From Candidatus Latescibacterota bacterium (GTDB lineage Bacteria; Latescibacterota; UBA2968), in assembly GCA_965207885.1 (NCBI GenBank), contig OZ242311.1, forward strand, positions 4,608,001 through 4,672,000: a stretch of 64,000 bases of DNA, written 5' to 3'. The notes under the pieces were generated by a model. It was not told the origin of the DNA and searched no databases. It worked only from the letters and a program-made list of their open reading frames with translations. This document shows positions 18,682 to 28,025 of this stretch, piece after piece (the first letter of the stretch is position 1; each line of letters starts with the position of its first letter). The translations under genes and the position numbers were made by a program.

Positions 18682-18948
18682 TCATTGTTTTTCGATAGCC
18701 TCGGGCGCAATAGCAGTCGGCTGACTTTCCAGATAGAGCGTGTCATAGCTCAGGTCTAACTCACCTGGCCATTCCACGGAACCTGCTACTACACGGACCG
18801 CCTGGAAGGTGGCGCGATTCTGAAGGCGCACAAAGACGCCGCGCTGGAGATAGGGGTTCACATCGAATATCCGCTGTTCACCGTTCTCAAATATTAATTC
18901 CAGTTGGTAATCTTCGAGTGGGCGTACCTGCTTGACATAGGGATTCAT
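18682..18948 (-). CDS. DUF2442 family protein (putative antitoxin)
   Basis: VRPLEDYQLELIFENGEQRIFDV..SVEWPGELDLSYDTLY. Confidence 0.88.
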   Translation of the reverse strand: MNPYVKQVRPLEDYQLELIFENGEQRIFDVNPYLQRGVFVRLQNRATFQAVRVVAGSVEWPGELDLSYDTLYLESQPTAIAPEAIEKQ

Positions 18949-18965
18949 TTCAGTCTCCCAAACCA

Positions 18966-19847
18966 TCATCTATCACCCGATAATTTCGCATACTCAATTT
19001 CCAGTGGCTGGGTGATGCGTTTAGCAATTTCCAGGAGGTCGGGCCGGTTGGGTGGGACATCTTTTTCCATTTTTCCATCGGGATAGACTGTTACTGTGTC
19101 TATCCTTTTTATGAATCCCTTTTTGGCTGTCGCGCGATTGAACTGGAGGCCGTCTTTTGAAATTGCCATGCGAGTCTGTAAAATGTGTCCTTCGCCGATG
19201 ATGCGAAAAAGAAAGCCCAGGATGCCGGATGTTGGGCGCCCTGTAAGTCCTTTGATCTCGTCATAGGCAACCCAATTTCCAAAATCCAGCAGTCGATAGG
19301 TCATCACCCGCTGATTGGTTACTTTGAGATTCGGCGTCGAAAGCGTATCCATGTACGAATATCGATCCGGCTTGCCGGGCTGGTCTTCCCACCAGATTCG
19401 CACATTTACTGCCAGTTCTGGCGTTGGGGCTTCCACTATCTCTCGGATGACGCGATCTACCCGATAATCTATTTCTGTATTCTGTTTGTATTGATAGGAT
19501 AACTGCGCGTACTGGGGCATTGCGTTTTCCGGGCGTGCGGTCACTTCCATAAATGCCTGAAACCAGTTTTCGTACCCAATAAATAGCGGCAGTCCCTGCG
19601 GATCGCGCGCCCTTGCCTTCTGTGCGAGATAAAGGATCATCTCTCCCTGAAAACGCGCACCATTGGTCGTTGCTGTCGGGTCGTAATCGCTACATTGCCG
19701 CATCGCCTCTATGATCTCTGCCCGACTGACCACCTGATACCCCGGGCGCGCTGTATCTGCCTCGACACCTGCTGGACGATGCAGTGATAAGAAAAAACAA
19801 AGGAGGGTTGCAATTCTCAACCCTCCTTTGTAGTGAAAGCCCGTCAT
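18966..19847 (-). CDS. Putative secreted hypothetical protein
   Basis: 293-aa ORF with signal-peptide-like N-terminus; no motif recognised. Confidence 0.7.
   Translation of the reverse strand: MTGFHYKGGLRIATLLCFFLSLHRPAGVEADTARPGYQVVSRAEIIEAMRQCSDYDPTATTNGARFQGEMILYLAQKARARDPQGLPLFIGYENWFQAFMEVTARPENAMPQYAQLSYQYKQNTEIDYRVDRVIREIVEAPTPELAVNVRIWWEDQPGKPDRYSYMDTLSTPNLKVTNQRVMTYRLLDFGNWVAYDEIKGLTGRPTSGILGFLFRIIGEGHILQTRMAISKDGLQFNRATAKKGFIKRIDTVTVYPDGKMEKDVPPNRPDLLEIAKRITQPLEIEYAKLSGDR
19790..19829 (-). terminator. Intrinsic terminator-like hairpin inside the 5' end of the 293-aa ORF
   Basis: 12-bp perfect stem AAAGGAGGGTTG/CAACCCTCCTTT followed by GTTTTTTCTT on the minus strand. Confidence 0.6.
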
Positions 19848-19876
19848 GTTATCCCTAATTCGTTACGCCACGCTGT

Positions 19877-20731
19877 CTAATTTTTCAACACAATGAGGAT
19901 GCGCTGACCGACGAGCAAGGGATCGGAAAAGGAGATGGTGACGGTTTGGGCTGCTTTATCCTCGCTGAGTGCGTATTCTTTGTCTTTGCTCAGTTTGCCA
20001 TGGTCGTCGCATACGGCGGCGAGTTCGCCCTGTACCGTAATGTTTTCTCCAATGGCAACTTTCTTGACGTCGGTGTTGTCAACATCGGGGAAATTTATAA
20101 TCTTGTAGTTTTTGCGAATCCTTCGCCAGGTATGGAGATACCCCTGTTCTTTCAGATTATCTTCAATACCGATATAGACGAGGACTGAACTGATAATTTC
20201 CTCTGCATCCTTAAGGTCTTCCTGGGTGACTTTAAGGTCTTCCTGGGTGACCTTAAGATCTTCCTGGGTGACCTTAAGATCTTCCCGGGTAGCCTGAAGG
20301 TCATTATGCGCTTTTTCGAGGGCTTCTGTTACGCGTTGAAGGCGACTGGTTTGCTCGAATAGGCTGTTGCGAAGGCTGTCGCGGGAGGCTGTGGCTTGTT
20401 CGAGGTCACCTCGCAGAGTGGTAGTGAGACGCCTGTACTCTTTCATTTCATTGGTAAGGCGGTGGAGGGTGGTCAGCAAAACTTTATTTGATTTGCTGGT
20501 ACTGTCCATTTGCGCACGCACAGAATCGATGCGGACATTTAATCCCTCAACTACATGGTTAAGAGAGTCTATCAGTGCTTCATCGCGTTTGGCTTCTTCT
20601 TCTATTTGCATAACGTAGGGACTTTCCTTAATTATTTCCTCTTCGCTGGGCAAAAACGCGATGTACAAAAGAAGGGCCAATGCGATGGCGGCAATGCCAA
20701 TCACCAGGATAATTTGTTTGTTGTTTTCCAC
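19877..20731 (-). CDS. Membrane-anchored coiled-coil hypothetical protein
   Basis: GTG start after AGGAGG; N-terminal TM helix; long heptad region; C-terminal beta domain. Confidence 0.8.
   Translation of the reverse strand: MENNKQIILVIGIAAIALALLLYIAFLPSEEEIIKESPYVMQIEEEAKRDEALIDSLNHVVEGLNVRIDSVRAQMDSTSKSNKVLLTTLHRLTNEMKEYRRLTTTLRGDLEQATASRDSLRNSLFEQTSRLQRVTEALEKAHNDLQATREDLKVTQEDLKVTQEDLKVTQEDLKDAEEIISSVLVYIGIEDNLKEQGYLHTWRRIRKNYKIINFPDVDNTDVKKVAIGENITVQGELAAVCDDHGKLSKDKEYALSEDKAAQTVTISFSDPLLVGQRILIVLKN
20210..20302 (-). repeat. In-frame 21-bp tandem repeat (EDLKVTQ heptads), about 4.4 units
   Basis: Unit CTTAAG(G/A)TCTTCCTGGGTGAC read directly. Confidence 0.95.
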
Positions 20732-20858
20732 GAGGTACCTCCTGATTTGAGGGTAAAAAAACGGTTGCAAAAAATGGGTTTTGGAGAGCAAGGGATTTTC
20801 TATGGGGCTGTCCCTGCTCTGAATTATTTGCGTGGTGAAACTGTGTGGTCCTCCCTTT

Positions 20859-22286
20859 TTATGGTGTTATTACGGTTTCGCGGTTGGGAAACCCGCCGCC
20901 CAATGCGAGGTGAAGGTCTATGCGCGCCTGGAGTCGTTGCTGGCGCACAACGAGCAATTGGCTTTCGGTCAGGTAAGCCGTGTTGCGCGTTTGAAGCACG
21001 GTCAACAGGTCTATAAGCCCTCTGTAATATCTATCTTCTGCCAAGCGGCGCGCTTCCCTCGCCTGTTCAGCGGCGGTTTCCAGAGCGGTCTGGCGTTTTG
21101 CCAGATGTGCCTCTGCTGAGAGTGCATTTTCAACTTCGCCATATGCTTGCAAAACGGTTTGGGCAAATAGTGCGGCGGCTTCGTTTTCCCTGGCACTGGC
21201 CAGGTCGATGTTGCCCTGTATGCGTCCGCCCTGTAAGAGGGGTTGTGTGAGGTTGGCGATCAGGCTCCACACGCTGAAGTCCCCATTGAGCAGATTGTCC
21301 AATGCGTCGCTGCTGGTTCCGCTCGAAGCGGTCAGGCTGATGCGCGGATAACGCAGGCGTTTGGCGGCTTTGTGATTGGCCTGAGACGCGGCAAATTGGC
21401 GTTCAATAGCAATGAGGTCGGGGCGTCGAGAAATGAGATCTGCCGGAAGGCCCGCGGGCACTGGATTTGGCACCCGGGGAAGGTCGCCGGCAATGGCGAA
21501 TGTGCCCGATGGATAGCGACCGATGAGCACTTCGAGTTGGCGAATAGCCATTTCATAGCGTTGTTCGCGCTGGTGCAGGCGGTCTTGAGATAGCGCGAGT
21601 TCCGATTGGCTCTGGCGCATGTCGAGCGAGGGTCGCACACCGCGTTCGTAGCGCGTGCGTACTTGTTTGTGGTTGGTGAGGCTATTTTCGTACGTTGCCT
21701 GCGCGAGTTCGAGTTGACGCCTGGCTTCGATGGTGGCAAACCACGCTTTGGCGGTTTGTGCCGCCAGTGACATGCGCGCGCCCCGGTACATAGCCTGTGT
21801 GGCTTGATAGGTGGCCTGTGCAGCCGCAGCACTTGCGCCAAGCCGTCCCCAGAGGTCGATTTCCCACGCGGCATTGATGGAAACGCCATAGGTGGTGTTG
21901 GTGTTTGAGAGTACTTCTCCAGGCGCCTGACCGGGGAAGGGAAATCCGATGAAGTTTTGTTTGCGTCTCAATCCCGATGATCCCGCGCTGAGTTGTGGGT
22001 ATAGGGGTGCGCCGGCCAATTTGGCCTGTGCGCGTGCGGCTTTGAGACGCGATGCAGCAGCGTGCAGGTTGTGGTTGTATGCGAGTGCTTGCGCGATTAA
22101 GCTGTCGAGACGGCTATCGTTAAATGTCGCCCACCAGAGGGTGTCTGCAGGTGTTGTTGTGGCGGTTTCTGTCTGATAAGCACGAGGTGGCTGGACAGGG
22201 GATTGTTGCACGCGAGGCGCTGAAGCACAAGCTATCATGAGAGCAAAGCAGAGTGTAAAGAAGTGCCAGGCCGGGTGGGTACTCAT
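20859..22286 (-). CDS. Outer-membrane efflux lipoprotein (NodT/OprM/TolC family)
   Basis: Lipobox MIAC; WWATFNDSRL; WEIDLWGR; GLPADLISRRPDL; LALGGGF. Confidence 0.93.
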   Translation of the reverse strand: MSTHPAWHFFTLCFALMIACASAPRVQQSPVQPPRAYQTETATTTPADTLWWATFNDSRLDSLIAQALAYNHNLHAAASRLKAARAQAKLAGAPLYPQLSAGSSGLRRKQNFIGFPFPGQAPGEVLSNTNTTYGVSINAAWEIDLWGRLGASAAAAQATYQATQAMYRGARMSLAAQTAKAWFATIEARRQLELAQATYENSLTNHKQVRTRYERGVRPSLDMRQSQSELALSQDRLHQREQRYEMAIRQLEVLIGRYPSGTFAIAGDLPRVPNPVPAGLPADLISRRPDLIAIERQFAASQANHKAAKRLRYPRISLTASSGTSSDALDNLLNGDFSVWSLIANLTQPLLQGGRIQGNIDLASARENEAAALFAQTVLQAYGEVENALSAEAHLAKRQTALETAAEQAREARRLAEDRYYRGLIDLLTVLQTRNTAYLTESQLLVVRQQRLQARIDLHLALGGGFPNRETVITP

Positions 22287-22382
22287 TCTCGATCTCCTGA
22301 ATGAATCTGACTGCTGATTGCGCTTATCATAAAGAAACTTTTATTTTTGTCAATATATATCGCAATCGGAGAGGATTAGATT

Positions 22383-23330
22383 ATGGCGACGCATTGTTTT
22401 GAGGGCATACTCGAATGCATGTCGGTTAATATAGGATTGACACTGGGATCGGGGCAGGTGTTTCGGTGGGGACGAGATGTCGATGGGTGGTGGAAGGGTA
22501 TTGCTTATGGCGTGGTTGTGCACCTGAGACAGATGGGAGACCAGATCCAATATCGCGCGTCGTCTGAGCGGGTGGCTACATACTGCGGGGAGATGGCGAT
22601 TGGTGATTTTTTGAGGTGGTATTTAAGATTGGATCACATGCCCCGGATCAGGGTGCCGCGCGGGGATACCTATTTGCGAAAGGCGCGGGATTTGTTGAAG
22701 GGGTTGCAATTTGTTCGCCAGGATCCATTCGAGTGTATTATTTCTTATGTTCTCTCGGTTCAAGCACATATGTCGTTGACTAAAAAGCGGATCGGATTTA
22801 TTGCGCGAACTCTGGGCGAGAGACAGGTTTTTGAGGGCGAGACTTACTGGACATTTCCAGGGCCGGATGCCCTATCTGAGTTAGACAGCAGATTTTACAG
22901 GCGTTACCGTTTTGGCTGGCGTTCGGAGCGGGTGGCAGAAACTGCGCGGTTTATCGCCGGGGCGGTGAGCGATGGGGCAGACCTGGATACCTGGCGGTGT
23001 ATTTCCGATGATTTGCACGCGCTGTCCGGCAGTGGGGTTGGTATTAAGGTGGCGCGGTGTATTGATCTGTTCGCACTGGATCGGCTCTATGCTGTTCCGG
23101 TTGATACATGGGTGCGAAAATTTGCCCGAGAATGGTACGATGTAACGGGTTCAGATGCGAAGATATGCCAGTGGGGTGAGGCGCGATGGGGTAAGTGGGC
23201 GGGCTATTGCAATGAGTATTTGTTCGCGTATTATCGCGAGTTGTATGGTCCCACGCTGTACGATCGGGTGCTTTCTTTTGATGCTTCTGATGAGGCTTCA
23301 GCGGTGATGCCGTTTGAAAATACGGGCTGA
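22383..23330 (+). CDS. 8-oxoguanine DNA glycosylase (OGG1-like HhH-GPD)
   Basis: TLGSGQVFRW, RQDPFECIISY, GVGIKVARC...PVDTW with catalytic K and D. Confidence 0.85.
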   Translation: MATHCFEGILECMSVNIGLTLGSGQVFRWGRDVDGWWKGIAYGVVVHLRQMGDQIQYRASSERVATYCGEMAIGDFLRWYLRLDHMPRIRVPRGDTYLRKARDLLKGLQFVRQDPFECIISYVLSVQAHMSLTKKRIGFIARTLGERQVFEGETYWTFPGPDALSELDSRFYRRYRFGWRSERVAETARFIAGAVSDGADLDTWRCISDDLHALSGSGVGIKVARCIDLFALDRLYAVPVDTWVRKFAREWYDVTGSDAKICQWGEARWGKWAGYCNEYLFAYYRELYGPTLYDRVLSFDASDEASAVMPFENTG

Positions 23331-23336
23331 TTGTTT

Positions 23337-24608
23337 TTATTCTCTCGCGTATTTGGGGTTACCAAAGCCGTCGTTGACGATGTGAGAGCGGGCGGGGATT
23401 TCGGATTTTTCGGGAATGATGAGATCCAGTTCGGTGCTGTTTTCAACAATTGTGCCGTCGCCCACGCGCACGTGATCTCCAAGGATGATTTTTCCCGGAT
23501 CGCGGGAACCAGAGCGCACGGTGCCGAGCACGACTGACGATGCGATTTGACAGTCTGTGCCCGTTTCGACAAAACCGTAGATGTCTGTGCCGCTGCCAAT
23601 TGTGGATCGGTCGCCAATGACGACGGGACCGAGCAAGGTGGCATCTGTGCCAATTCTTACGAAATTGCCAATGGTGGGATGTCGTTGCCGCGCTCTTCCT
23701 GTCAGTCCGCCGAGCGTGCAGGGGTAGATGATGCATCCGTAGCCTATGATGCCGGTTTGACCGGTTGTGAGGCCGCGGTGAGGGTGTTCGAGAAAGTTGG
23801 CGTCTGCAATGGTGGTTTCCGGGTGAAGGTCGGCCTGATAATAGCGCCCGCCGAGTTCTGAAATGGCACGGGGCAGGAGGGGGATGGGTGTGCAGTTAAA
23901 ATTTTCGACCACGCCGGTTTGCGTGAGGGCATTGGCGATGTCGTGATAAAACAGGACGCGCCATCCGGGATAGGCACTGGCGACGAGTTGCATCTGATAT
24001 GCGAAGACAGATTGCAGGCCTTTTTCGGCGAGAAATGCTTCGTAGAGATCAAAGTCGCGCGCTTCAATGGCTTTGTCAATGACGGGAGCAAATGTGAAGG
24101 CGGCGAGGTCGCTGTCATCCAGGTTGTGTATTTTGCGTGAATACGCATCCCACACGGCGGGATCTTTGAGCGATGCAAAGCGGTTCCAGAGTGCGCGGGT
24201 TTTGAGTTGGGGCAGCCGAGAAATGAGCGCGAAGGCCGATTGTAGCGCAGCGTCTTCTATAGGACCGTTTTTGTCCTGCGCAGCTTGAAGCGATTGGTAG
24301 ATCATGGCGTAGAGTTGGTCGGCAATTTCTTCGATGTTTTCAGTCAGGGTCGCCTGCGCAGCCTGGGACGCGTTGTGGGAGCCTGGTGCGACGCATTCGA
24401 GCATGTTGCCGAGGACGGTTTCGAGGAGATCGCGATTGACAAAACCGCGACCCGATCGCTGCGAGAGAATCCCGCGGTTGATGGGGTCAATGCGCAGAGC
24501 AGCCAGTTCTTCTGCTGTGTAAATCGGTCGAATTTGTTCGATTACTTTTTCGAGGAGCGGGCGTTTGCGGTTTGCATACGCGGCGTCGAATAAGGTGGTG
24601 TTGTTCAA
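23337..24608 (-). CDS. Divergent serine O-acetyltransferase-like left-handed beta-helix protein with long N-terminal extension
   Basis: DLHPETTI..LEH..TLGG..QRHPTIG..LLGPVVIG aligns by eye with CysE DIHPGAxIG..IDH..TLGG..KRHPTIG. Confidence 0.65.
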   Translation of the reverse strand: MNNTTLFDAAYANRKRPLLEKVIEQIRPIYTAEELAALRIDPINRGILSQRSGRGFVNRDLLETVLGNMLECVAPGSHNASQAAQATLTENIEEIADQLYAMIYQSLQAAQDKNGPIEDAALQSAFALISRLPQLKTRALWNRFASLKDPAVWDAYSRKIHNLDDSDLAAFTFAPVIDKAIEARDFDLYEAFLAEKGLQSVFAYQMQLVASAYPGWRVLFYHDIANALTQTGVVENFNCTPIPLLPRAISELGGRYYQADLHPETTIADANFLEHPHRGLTTGQTGIIGYGCIIYPCTLGGLTGRARQRHPTIGNFVRIGTDATLLGPVVIGDRSTIGSGTDIYGFVETGTDCQIASSVVLGTVRSGSRDPGKIILGDHVRVGDGTIVENSTELDLIIPEKSEIPARSHIVNDGFGNPKYARE

Positions 24609-24635
24609 AGAAAATTCCTTTGTGATCCTGTTTGT

Positions 24636-25439
24636 TCAACTTCCGGTGGAGCGATAATGACGCACACCGATTTTCCATATCTGGAGAGTAATAATGAGGA
24701 ATATGACGCAAATCAGGGGCGCGACCCACTGCAAGATGGCGGGCAATCCCATGGGGTCGCCGCGTTCGAGGATTGCCAGCGTTGGTAGGTAATTTACACA
24801 CGCAAGGGGTATGATGTAAGTAAAAAATTTGCGAAACCAGATGCGGTAGATAGGTAAAGGGTACTGTGCGGTCTCCACACCGCCGTAAGTCATGGTGTTC
24901 ATGAGTTCGAGAGATTCGGTAGTCCAAAACGCAATGGTGGCTTGTATGACCATGAGGCCGATAAAGAGACAAGCACCGCCAAATATGGCGGTGAAGACGA
25001 GATAGATTTTTGGTACAGACCATGCGATGTCGAGGGCGTAGCTTGCCCAGGAGAAGACAGCGATGCCCTGGAGCAGACGGCCAACGCGGCGGAGGGTGAG
25101 TTCATAGCCTGCGAGTTGCAGGGCGGTGCTGCGGGGGCGAAGCAAGAGGCGGTCGAAGTCGCCGCTTTTGACCATGGTGCCGAATATGTCAAAGCCGCGC
25201 GAGGCTGCGTCGGCAAAGGCGAAGGAGATGTTGATGAGGCCGTAGAGAAAGGCCACTTCGGGGAGGGCCCAGCCCTGGATGTGTTTGAATCGCGCGAAGA
25301 GGGAGGCAATGGCGAGAAATTCGACGCCGGTGGTGAGGAAATGTCCAAATGAGAGCATGATGAATGACGCGCGATATTGCATTTGGCTGCGGACAGATTG
25401 GCTGAGATAGTGGATGTAGAGGCGAAGCGCGTTGGCCAT
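24636..25439 (-). CDS. ABC-2 type permease (DUF990/ABC2_membrane_6)
   Basis: MQYRASF, GDFDRLLLRPR, QYPLPIY, RHYRSTGS. Confidence 0.9.
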   Translation of the reverse strand: MANALRLYIHYLSQSVRSQMQYRASFIMLSFGHFLTTGVEFLAIASLFARFKHIQGWALPEVAFLYGLINISFAFADAASRGFDIFGTMVKSGDFDRLLLRPRSTALQLAGYELTLRRVGRLLQGIAVFSWASYALDIAWSVPKIYLVFTAIFGGACLFIGLMVIQATIAFWTTESLELMNTMTYGGVETAQYPLPIYRIWFRKFFTYIIPLACVNYLPTLAILERGDPMGLPAILQWVAPLICVIFLIITLQIWKIGVRHYRSTGS

Positions 25440-25443
25440 CGCA

Positions 25444-26274
25444 TTATCCTCCTTGTGCGACGAGGCGGCGAATACCGCGGGTGAGGATGAGGTGCCCGGC
25501 AATGATCAGCGCAATCAGATAGGCGATTTGAAACGGCAGGTGATACCAGATTTGTTCTGGTGGGATGTGGCCCATGTAGAAGCGGAAGGGGATGTCCATG
25601 AGGTATCGAAATGGGAGGATGTTGATGGCTGCCTGTGCCCAGTCGGGAAAAAAGAGCAAGGGGATGATGATGCCGCTGAAGAGCCAGGTCAAACTACTCA
25701 GGAATACGCCCAGGCCCTCGCCAGATATGGTCCACAAGAGGGCAATGGTCAGGAGATTGGTGATGGCTGCACTGATGAGGACGGCAAAGAGCATCGATAC
25801 GAGCCAGGCACATGTGGCCGGGATATTGGGAGGCATTTGCAGGTTGAAGAAGAGACTGGCTGTGATGAACATGGGGAGAGCGCGGAAGACGCCGGGCGCG
25901 GTGCGTTGTGCTATGGCGCGACTGTACCAGAAGAAATACAGGTTGGTCGGGCGCACGAGTTCATAGACGACATTGCCCGAACGCACCATGGCGCGCACGT
26001 CGGGGTCGGCACCCTGGTAGGGAATGAGAACGAGAAATGCCTGGCCGAGCCATATATAGGTGATAACCTCATCAGCGGTCATGGGTTGTGGCGCGGTGGT
26101 TGATCTGTAGAAGGCTTCAAAGATCATGACGCGGATGAGGCCCCAGAAGAGTTGGGTGCCGAATCCCGCGAATGCCGCGGCGCGGTATTGCAAGAGGGTG
26201 CGAAATCTGGCGGAGAGTACGGCTATGTACGGTTTGATGGCCAGTGATGATGTGCGATTAGCGATTTTCGGCAT
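25444..26274 (-). CDS. ABC-2 type permease (DUF990/ABC2_membrane_6)
   Basis: LQYRAA, VRSGNVVYELVRP, PLLFFPDW, LVAQGG. Confidence 0.9.
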   Translation of the reverse strand: MPKIANRTSSLAIKPYIAVLSARFRTLLQYRAAAFAGFGTQLFWGLIRVMIFEAFYRSTTAPQPMTADEVITYIWLGQAFLVLIPYQGADPDVRAMVRSGNVVYELVRPTNLYFFWYSRAIAQRTAPGVFRALPMFITASLFFNLQMPPNIPATCAWLVSMLFAVLISAAITNLLTIALLWTISGEGLGVFLSSLTWLFSGIIIPLLFFPDWAQAAINILPFRYLMDIPFRFYMGHIPPEQIWYHLPFQIAYLIALIIAGHLILTRGIRRLVAQGG

Positions 26275-27235
26275 AGAGACGCGAAATGATTTCTTCGATG
26301 GGGGTGTTTTCGACAAAGAGGTCGCGCACGGGGTGCTGCGCCGTGATGCGGGCGATCAAATCAGCCGTGGCAACGCGGTCGGGGTCAAATGTGAGATGTA
26401 CGCGGTGTCCGTCGCGCAATACGACAGATGCGTCGGGGTCGGTGATGTCTTCTGTGCCTTCGAGATCGACGATGAGGCGGCGCTCTGTGGTGACGCGAGC
26501 GCGAAGGTTTTCGAGCGGGCCATCGGATAGTATCTGGCCCTGTCCTATGACCATTACCCGCGTACAGAGGGCTTCGATGTCGTCCAGGTCGTGGGTGGTG
26601 AGGATGACGGTGACATCGCGCTCCTGGTTGAGGCGTTTGATGAAGTCGCGCACGGCGAGTTTGGAGACGACGTCGAGGCCAATTGTCGGTTCGTCTAAGA
26701 AGAGGATTGATGGATGGTGTATGAGAGCAGCGGCGAGGTCACAGCGCATGCGCTGGCCCAGGCTGAGCTGGCGCACGGGTATGTCGAGAAGAGATTCGAG
26801 GTCGAGAATGGCGATCATTTCGTCGCGGGTTTGCACGTATTGGTGATGATCGACGCGATAGATGTCTCGGAGCAGGTCAAAAGATTCGATGACGGGCAGG
26901 TCCCACCACAATTGCGTGCGTTGCCCAAAGACCACGCCGATTTGTGCGACGTGGGCGATGCGTTCTTTCCAGGGGATGCGACCGAGAATTTCACAGCGGC
27001 CAGAATCGGGTACGAGGATGCCGGATAATACTTTGACGGTGGTGGATTTGCCCGCGCCATTGGGACCGATATAACCGATGAGTTCGCCGGGTTCAATTGT
27101 GAAGGAGATACCGTCGAGGGCAGTTATCTGGCGGTAGTTGCGGTGCATGACGCCGCGTAGCGCACCCCACACACCGGGCTGGCGTTGGGCGATTTGGAAG
27201 GTTTTGACGAGGTTTTCGACAATGATGTGGGGCAT
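26258..27235 (-). CDS. ABC transporter ATP-binding protein
   Basis: GPNGAGKST, LSLGQRMR, FLDEPTIGLD. Confidence 0.95.
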   Translation of the reverse strand: MPHIIVENLVKTFQIAQRQPGVWGALRGVMHRNYRQITALDGISFTIEPGELIGYIGPNGAGKSTTVKVLSGILVPDSGRCEILGRIPWKERIAHVAQIGVVFGQRTQLWWDLPVIESFDLLRDIYRVDHHQYVQTRDEMIAILDLESLLDIPVRQLSLGQRMRCDLAAALIHHPSILFLDEPTIGLDVVSKLAVRDFIKRLNQERDVTVILTTHDLDDIEALCTRVMVIGQGQILSDGPLENLRARVTTERRLIVDLEGTEDITDPDASVVLRDGHRVHLTFDPDRVATADLIARITAQHPVRDLFVENTPIEEIISRLYAENR

Positions 27236-27353
27236 GGCGCAATATGCAGGGTTATATTTCTCCGTGTTTATTAGACGGGTATCTCGGCGGGTGTGTTTTG
27301 ATTTGTGGGAATTTTTTTAACTAGACGAATCCCGCGAGCTATGGTTTTGCATG

Positions 27354-27400
27354 AAAATAGCGTGCCCGATTCGTACGTACAGAATCGGGCACGCGCTTTT
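27354..27400. terminator. Terminator ending the suf operon
   Basis: GCGTGCCCGATTC-loop-GAATCGGGCACGC 13-bp stem with flanking A/T tracts. Confidence 0.75.
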
Positions 27401-27421
27401 GTAGAGATGGAATCCAGATAT

Positions 27422-28006
27422 TTACTGCGTGGTCTGGTAATACGGGTTGGTGCCTTCGGCGTGGTCTGTGATATCGCGGATGTTTGCAATTTCGGGAACG
27501 GCTTCTTTGATCATGACTTCCACGCCCTGTTTGAGGGTGACATCGACCATCCCACAGCCCTGGCATCCGCCGCCAAATTGGAGAAAGGCCGTGTCTTCTT
27601 TTACATCGACCAGTGATACGTGACCGCCGTGTGCAGCAATGCCCGGGTTGATTTTTTCGTCGATTACCATTTGGATTTTTTCGGCCACGCTGCCTTTGAG
27701 GTGTGGTGGAACTTTGTGCGGGTTGTCAATTTTGAAGCCGCGTCCCATCAGGCCATCGACAAAATCGAGCGTGATGTCCTGGGTATAAGGCACGCTGTTT
27801 TCGTCAATGTAAATGTCGAAGCCGTCGTATGGTATCGCGGTGTCGCGGTCGGTGTCCTGTCCTTCAGCCACAAAGGCGAGGCGGTAATTGGCCTGCAGGG
27901 GCGATGTTGCCTCGGCGGTGATGCGCACGCCTGTAATCACCTGTTCTTGCTCGTTTATCAAGCGGGTGATTTCTGTTTGTGCAACGTCTGTGACGGTGAT
28001 TTCCAT
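27422..28006 (-). CDS. nfuA: Fe-S carrier NfuA (degenerate A-type domain + NifU-C domain)
   Basis: ITVTDVA..GFKIDNP; INPGIAAHGG..GGGCQGC..TDHAEGTNPYY. Confidence 0.92.
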   Translation of the reverse strand: MEITVTDVAQTEITRLINEQEQVITGVRITAEATSPLQANYRLAFVAEGQDTDRDTAIPYDGFDIYIDENSVPYTQDITLDFVDGLMGRGFKIDNPHKVPPHLKGSVAEKIQMVIDEKINPGIAAHGGHVSLVDVKEDTAFLQFGGGCQGCGMVDVTLKQGVEVMIKEAVPEIANIRDITDHAEGTNPYYQTTQ

Positions 28007-28025
28007 GAAGTTTCTCCTATGTCAA

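Noticed and set aside
14820-19000. Prophage, integron or IS explanation for the islet
   Set aside because: No integrase, transposase or phage gene, and no attC-like structure recognised.
20210-20302. CRISPR-like or non-coding repeat
   Set aside because: Contiguous in-frame 21-bp coding units with no spacers.
20775-20820. Hairpin AGAGCAAGGGA..TCCCTGCTCT as a riboswitch
   Set aside because: A single stem with no known aptamer consensus; more likely an mRNA stability or termination element.
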